The translations under genes and the position numbers were made by a program. Shown piece by piece: positions 57,769 through 64,000 of a stretch of 64,000 nt of DNA; the stretch's first letter is position 1, and the number at the start of each line of letters is the position of its first letter. This stretch comes from the human T2T-CHM13v2.0 reference genome, Homo sapiens. Below the pieces are notes generated by a model. The model was given only the letters and a program-made list of their open reading frames with translations. It was not told the DNA's origin and ran no database searches. The DNA lies in NCBI RefSeq assembly GCF_009914755.1, contig NC_060933.1; one strand, given 5' to 3'.

Positions 57769-58920
57769 ATAGCTTTCCTCTGAGCCTTTGGGTAACCTTT
57801 CTTTATTTGTATCACCCTGTAAGCTATAAGCTCCCTGAGGCAAGGGCCATGGCTGGTTTATATTTTTCTATATATTTAGCACTTTTCCCACTGTTACATA
57901 AATATTAGTTGAATTGAAATGAATATAAAAACACTTTCAGGGAAAGAGATTGTGGAAAAGGCAAGTAGAAAATAAAATGGAAAGACTCATGCTGTATTGA
58001 CAATTTTCAACTGGTTTAGTTATTTAAACAAAGCCTCAATCCAAGCATACTAAACCATTTGATTTTTAAAAATTACATTATTAGTTGTTTGCCTGAACTC
58101 ACTACCTGTTTGGTCAAAAAGATTGGATAAATTGTGGGTGTGTAGATAAAATACAAGTATAGTATGCCAATCAACATCACACGTTCATATTGCTGGTTCA
58201 CATTAGATGCTCAATAAAGCGCAGCTGTGACGTCTCTTGTTCAGTAATCATGGGACTGCTCCTGTTGCCAACTTTGCCTGTAGTTCACCAAAGTCAAGTT
58301 GCCCACGGTAAGATAATTTTTTTTTAAGATTATTGTTGATAGGTTCCAAAAGTGTATTAGGTGGTTAAATTCCTCATTGTTACCAATGGATTAGTGAGTC
58401 AAGCAATAAACATTAACTTATTAATGTCAGTAACACTTTTACTTTCAGTATTCAATCTAGTTTTATTTATGTTTTATCATCTGTGGCAGTAGTTTTCAAA
58501 TTAAGAGTATGTAAATATTCAAAATATTTTGTTCTCAGAGTCGGGGAGGTAATCAAAAAATATTTTTGATAAGGCTGCATAGACAATCCAATATTCCCAA
58601 CTTCTTTGTGTTTGACTAGAATTTTATTGACTAGAATTACAGTGTGTCAATTTGGATTATTTCGTCCTGATCAAAGTTATGGAATATCTGATTAATGAGA
58701 AAAAGAAAAGCAGATTGATGTGTATATATTGTAGCTTATTAAGTAGATCAACTCTTTCGAAGCATGAAGCCCATGGAAAGAAATAGTAAGAGGAGTTTAC
58801 TGGTGAAAGCTGAGAGACTAAAGTCTGTATTAAGTTCCTTAACATCTGGGTGGTCAATATGGTTGTAAGTAATAGGTCTTATGAGAATTATGCAATTAAG
58901 ATAGTTATAATGGGGACGGG

Positions 58921-59575
<655 letters not shown>

Positions 59576-59799
59576 CCATGGAGCAGGAGTAATCATGATC
59601 ACATTGTGTGTGATCATGAAATCTTGCTAGGGTTTCAAAAAATAATTATACGAAATTTTTGATCTGTGGTCTGAATAATGAATATGATTGGTAGTACTGA
59701 GCATAGCCAAGGATGTTGACTCCAGGGGGATGGTATTAATTAAAATATCTTTCAGATAATTCAGAAAATATAAGCAAAATGTTTTGTTATATTCATGGC

Positions 59800-60420
59800 A
59801 TGTTTTTATTGCAGGTGACAAAAATTGAACTCAAATTGGTTCAATCAAAAAGAGTGAATTTATTAACTTGTATAACTGAAAATTTGGGGGACAATGCTAG
59901 CTGAGAGTACAAGTGGATAAAGACCTCAAATGATGTTGGCAGCAGGAATCAGTATCTCTCCGTATCTTAGCTTTGCTTTTCAGTTTTTATTGCTTAGGCA
60001 GGCTTTTCTCAATCTTGAAAAAAGAAGCCAGCAGCAATTCTAGGTTTATATTTTACCAGCTTAGCAACTCCCATTAAAAAATTGTCTCTTTTTCAATAAT
60101 TCCAGCAATTGTTTGGAGTATTGAGACTGGGTAGACTCTGAAAAGGTGATTATGATTATACCAATCTTTGAGTGTTTATGACTTTGATTAGTAAAGCTTG
60201 AACCATGTAACATCCGGAGGGCTGGAGGTTGGGGTTGGCCTCATCTACTCTCATGAATCAAGAGGCATGATGTGTGTAATTGGTATATGCAGAGAATGCC
60301 TTTCACAGAAACTGTGGAAATATAATACTGACGAATTGATGTGGGCACTGGGTCCCTGACGAAAGAGCACTTTCTGGCTATGATAGACAGGATGGCTTTG
60401 GAGGTCACCCAGAAAAGACT
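59800..60420 (-). mobile_element. Ancient MLT1 (K-N class) LTR remnant
   Basis: ATTGCAGGTGACAAAAA..AACTCAAATTGG..AATTTATTAACTTGTATAACTGAAAA. Confidence 0.5.
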
Positions 60421-61599
60421 GAAATCCCCAAGGATCAATGCTACAGGGAAGAAATTGAGAGCCTATGCTTGTTGATTGATTTAATAAGTTATATATCAAT
60501 CTGACTTCAGTCTTATGTATTTATTTGACACTTAGTTGTTAAACATCTAATATGTGCCAGGAATGGAATTTTACATGTTTGGCTAGGATTGTAATTTTAG
60601 TTTAAGTGAGAATTAGAATTGTCTGGGCAGGTCTGGCAGAGGTGTGGTGTGAGTTAGTAAAAAACAATTGTATGAGGACCTCAGAGCCTCTTGGGAAGTA
60701 CATTTGAGGGAAGGTGAAAGTCTTTGAAGTTGGAGGAGAGAGGCAAGTGCAGCATGGTGTCTCCCATTCAGATCAATTCCCTAGCCCAGTTAGCCTTGAT
60801 TTGTGTATGAACCCCAGGGAAGGCAGTGGGATTAGAAGTCAATATTGAAGGAGCTGTAAGACAAATGGTAACACTGCACTGCAACCTCCTTCTGCAGAGA
60901 GAAACCCGAAGGAGAGAGAAACATTCTCTCACTTTGCTGCTGAATAGTCGGATGGCTTTGGTATCTTGAGAACTACAGTGTCTGGGATATGGTGGGAAAA
61001 AATAGCTCCCAGTAAACTCCTAACAGGCATAAGTTTAGGGTAGAGAGAGAGTATTTATTTATGAAGTTGTGGATGATATTCTTTGGGTTCCTTCGAGAAC
61101 ACGTGGGACCATTGCTTTTTTAGAATGGGAAAGTGATGGTCAGTACCATAAAATGTAGGTTTTTACAAATAAGAGGGACATTTGAGTTACATATAGTTTG
61201 GTATAGTTCAGTAATTTCCAGTACTATTGGAATATCTTATTTGTCCTTTATTAATACAAGGGGCTGTGGAGTGGACTGGACTTAAGAAGGATTAACCTTA
61301 AAAAGTCTGATTTTTGGACTGGTGCATTAAAAACTGTAATAACATCCAGGGACATGTTGGAAGTAGACACCATTATTTCTCAAATATACTGATTACATAA
61401 TCTGCAATTTAAAAGAAGATGGCCATAATTATCTAATGGATTTTTGGGAGGCTATGTCAGAGATGTCTGGCCTTGTAAATGATCCCACACAGAAGATGAT
61501 CAAATGCACTTCTCTCTGAACTGCTCTATTTTCAAATTTATTAAGGAAACTAAGGGAGCTTAATTAGCATAGTGGTAGGCCAGAAGACATAAAATAATA

Positions 61600-62110
61600 A
61601 AATGTTGAGATTACAGAATAGTGGGCTGTAATAAAAGTATGCTTAAAGTGTAACATAGAGGAATAAATGGAAATAGGCAAGTTCACAGAAGAAGACATTT
61701 GAATTTGGCTTTGAAAGATGATTTGAAGTTGACTAGATATAGAGATAATGAGGAAAGACCATCCAAGTTGGAGGAAACAGAAATGCAAACACATCAATAA
61801 TCCCATGTTTGGAACAATGTGTAATCTTTTATATCTTGCTTATGAGTTTAAATTTTATCTTGTTAGACGTTAGGAGTCACAAAATGATTTAAATTGAAGA
61901 ATGACATAATTTGATCTTTGTCTCAGAAAGATTGCTTTGACATAATTTTGGAGGTCTGGAGATAGAGAAGAGGAGAAAAGACTAGTTAAGCCTGTCATTC
62001 ATAAGCAAGGCTAGCAAGGTCAAACTCCAAGCAAGAAATGATGAAGACTTTGATTTGGTCAGTGATGGGGAGCTGAGAGGAAGTGGTGCATTTTTGAGAA
62101 AGACTGATGA
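61600..62110 (-). mobile_element. L2 fragment
   Basis: AAGTTCACAGAAGAAGACATTTGAATTTGGCTTTGAAAGATG..GACATAATTTGAT..GAAAGATTGCTTTG. Confidence 0.6.
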
Positions 62111-62428
62111 ATTGTGTATTCATAAATCAGATAAGACACTGTATATTTCTATTTACCTAATTTTTATTATATGTACTTTAACATAGTTTTATACTTTAGA
62201 TGGTTGGATGTGTTATAGCAAAGGACTCAAATTGTCTTAGTAGGTGGTGGCTAAATATTCATCAAATAGCTTTACTTTCTGTTGGGGTTTGCTCTTGAGT
62301 TTATTTCAAATTATATGAAAGGAGAGAGAATGAATGTGAAAAAGGAAATTAGTAGTCTACTGTATTTTAATATAGCATGGGTTTTATTTGAATATGCCAA
62401 GAAGATACAGAGTAATTGACAGTCTGAT

Positions 62429-62430
<2 letters not shown>

Positions 62431-62467
<37 letters not shown>

Positions 62468-63125
62468 TTATACTTTAAGTTCTAGGGTACATGTGTACAA
62501 CGTGCAGGTTAGTTACATATGTATACATGTACCGTGTTGGTGTGCTGCACCCATTAACTCGTCATTTACATTAGGTATATCTCCTAATGCTATCCCTCCC
62601 CCCTCCCCCCATCCCATGACCGGCCCTGGTGTGTGATGTTTCCCATCCTGTGTCCAAGTGTTCTCATTGTTCAGTTCCCACCTATGAGTGAGAACATGCG
62701 GTGTTTGGTTTTCTGTCCTTGAGACAGTTTGCACAGAATGATGGTTTCTAGCTTCATCCATGTCCCTACAAAGGACATGAACTCATCCTTTTTTATGGCT
62801 GCATAGTATTCCATGGTGTATATGTGCCACATTTCCTTAATCCAGTCTATCATTGATGGACATTTGGGTTGGTTCCAAGTCTTTGCTATTGTGAATAGTG
62901 CCACAATAAACATACAAATGCATGTGTCTTTATAGCAGCATGATTTATACTCCTTTGGCTATACACCCAGTAATGGGATGGCTGGGTCAAATGGTATTTT
63001 TAGTTCTAGATCCTTGAGGAATCGCCATACTCTCTTCCACAATGGCTGAACTAGTTTACAGTCCCACCAACAGTGTAGAAGTGTTCCTATTTCTCCACAT
63101 CCTCTCCAGCACCTGTTGTTTCCTG
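62431..63125 (-). mobile_element. 5'-truncated L1PA4/5-like 3' end (~0.7 kb) with (TTTA)n tail
   Basis: TTATACTTTAAGTTCTAGGGTACATG..; TSD GACAGTCTGATTT (62418-62430) / GACAATCTGATTT (63126-63138). Confidence 0.93.
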
Positions 63126-64000
63126 GACAATCTGATTTTTTAAGAGAATGAATGAAAGCGTTCAAATAGGCTGCCCTTTGTCAGAATTTATGTAAGCATT
63201 CAGATTCTTAAGGTTGTGTTATTATACAACTAGGGAAAAATTTTCAATGTCAAAATGTGATTTAAAATATAAATATGCACTTAAAAATTTTGGAATAATT
63301 GACATATTATATGGGAAAGCCAAACTATGACAGTATTGTGACCTTCTTAGCTCTATTTCTGTAATATTTCCACTCTCGGATCAATCAAGTTCTTCAACTG
63401 AATGTTTAGTTCAAACTTAGATTCTGGAGACAGTCCTGTTTCTGATCGGAGAAAGTTAAGAAACCTGAGGAAGATAGCTTGGGAGGACCTATATTAAGTG
63501 TCTTTGGACAGGTATAGTCTGATCTAGTGTTCTTGATTTGTGAATTGGAATCCTGATACCAAACTCTAACTTGTGTCTCAGTTTCAGTGACGTGTTTTAA
63601 TTTTTGTCCTATGTCTTAACCCTGCTTTGATAATTCATCTAGTATTCCTGCTACTTGAGATTATAACTCATACTTTATGTCTATCTAGAACTGAAGTCCT
63701 CAAAATCTGGGGCCATGCTATCTGTTACTACGACTCTCTGACAATCCAACTACCTTTGTCCTTGAATCAGCGGCCTCCAGGTGTCACCCTACTCTGTACA
63801 CTGTCTACTGAGAGATTCACATCTATTCTATACTAGTAGCTGGATCTTATTGCTGGTCTCTTTTGACTTCTTCTGTCCATTTGCAGACTGTTCTCTGATT
63901 TCAAACCCTAACAGACCACAATCTCCTATATTTATGCTAAAATAATGGTTTTCAATTTTCCCCAAAATCTGTGGAAATGGTTCAAGTAGTCTATGTTTAT

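Noticed and set aside
60600-61350. Possible ancient Gypsy/ERV LTR remnant
   Set aside because: Purine-rich LTR-like texture, but I could not match it to a family with confidence

Overview
Primate (catarrhine, probably human or great ape) AT-rich intronic or intergenic DNA, roughly half transposable elements. No host protein-coding exon, RNA gene or CRISPR array is supported; almost all ORFs in the track are L1/Alu/LTR remnants or chance ORFs. Positions 1-12.9 kb are a nested LINE stack: a full-length L1PA6-8-like element sits inside an older L1MA(+) element, which abuts or interrupts a minus-strand L1 fragment carrying an AluSp. The young L1 has dead ORF1 and RT but keeps an open antisense ORF0 (87 aa) and a stand-alone 235-aa endonuclease ORF with all catalytic residues. 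The main structure not explained by repeats is an old ~550-bp inverted duplication of mostly unique sequence (12863-13410 vs 15975-16530, ~80% identical) around a 2.6-kb spacer. An inverted Alu pair and an inverted L1MA 3'-end pair surround it concentrically. Other oddities: a FLAM monomer with an internal fold-back making a 60-bp hairpin, an LTR-less THE1-int fragment, an AluY with an A30 linker, nested MLT1 LTRs, a duplicated SOX/homeobox-motif block and several enhancer-like unique segments. Repeat subfamily names are from recall of consensus features, not from a database search.
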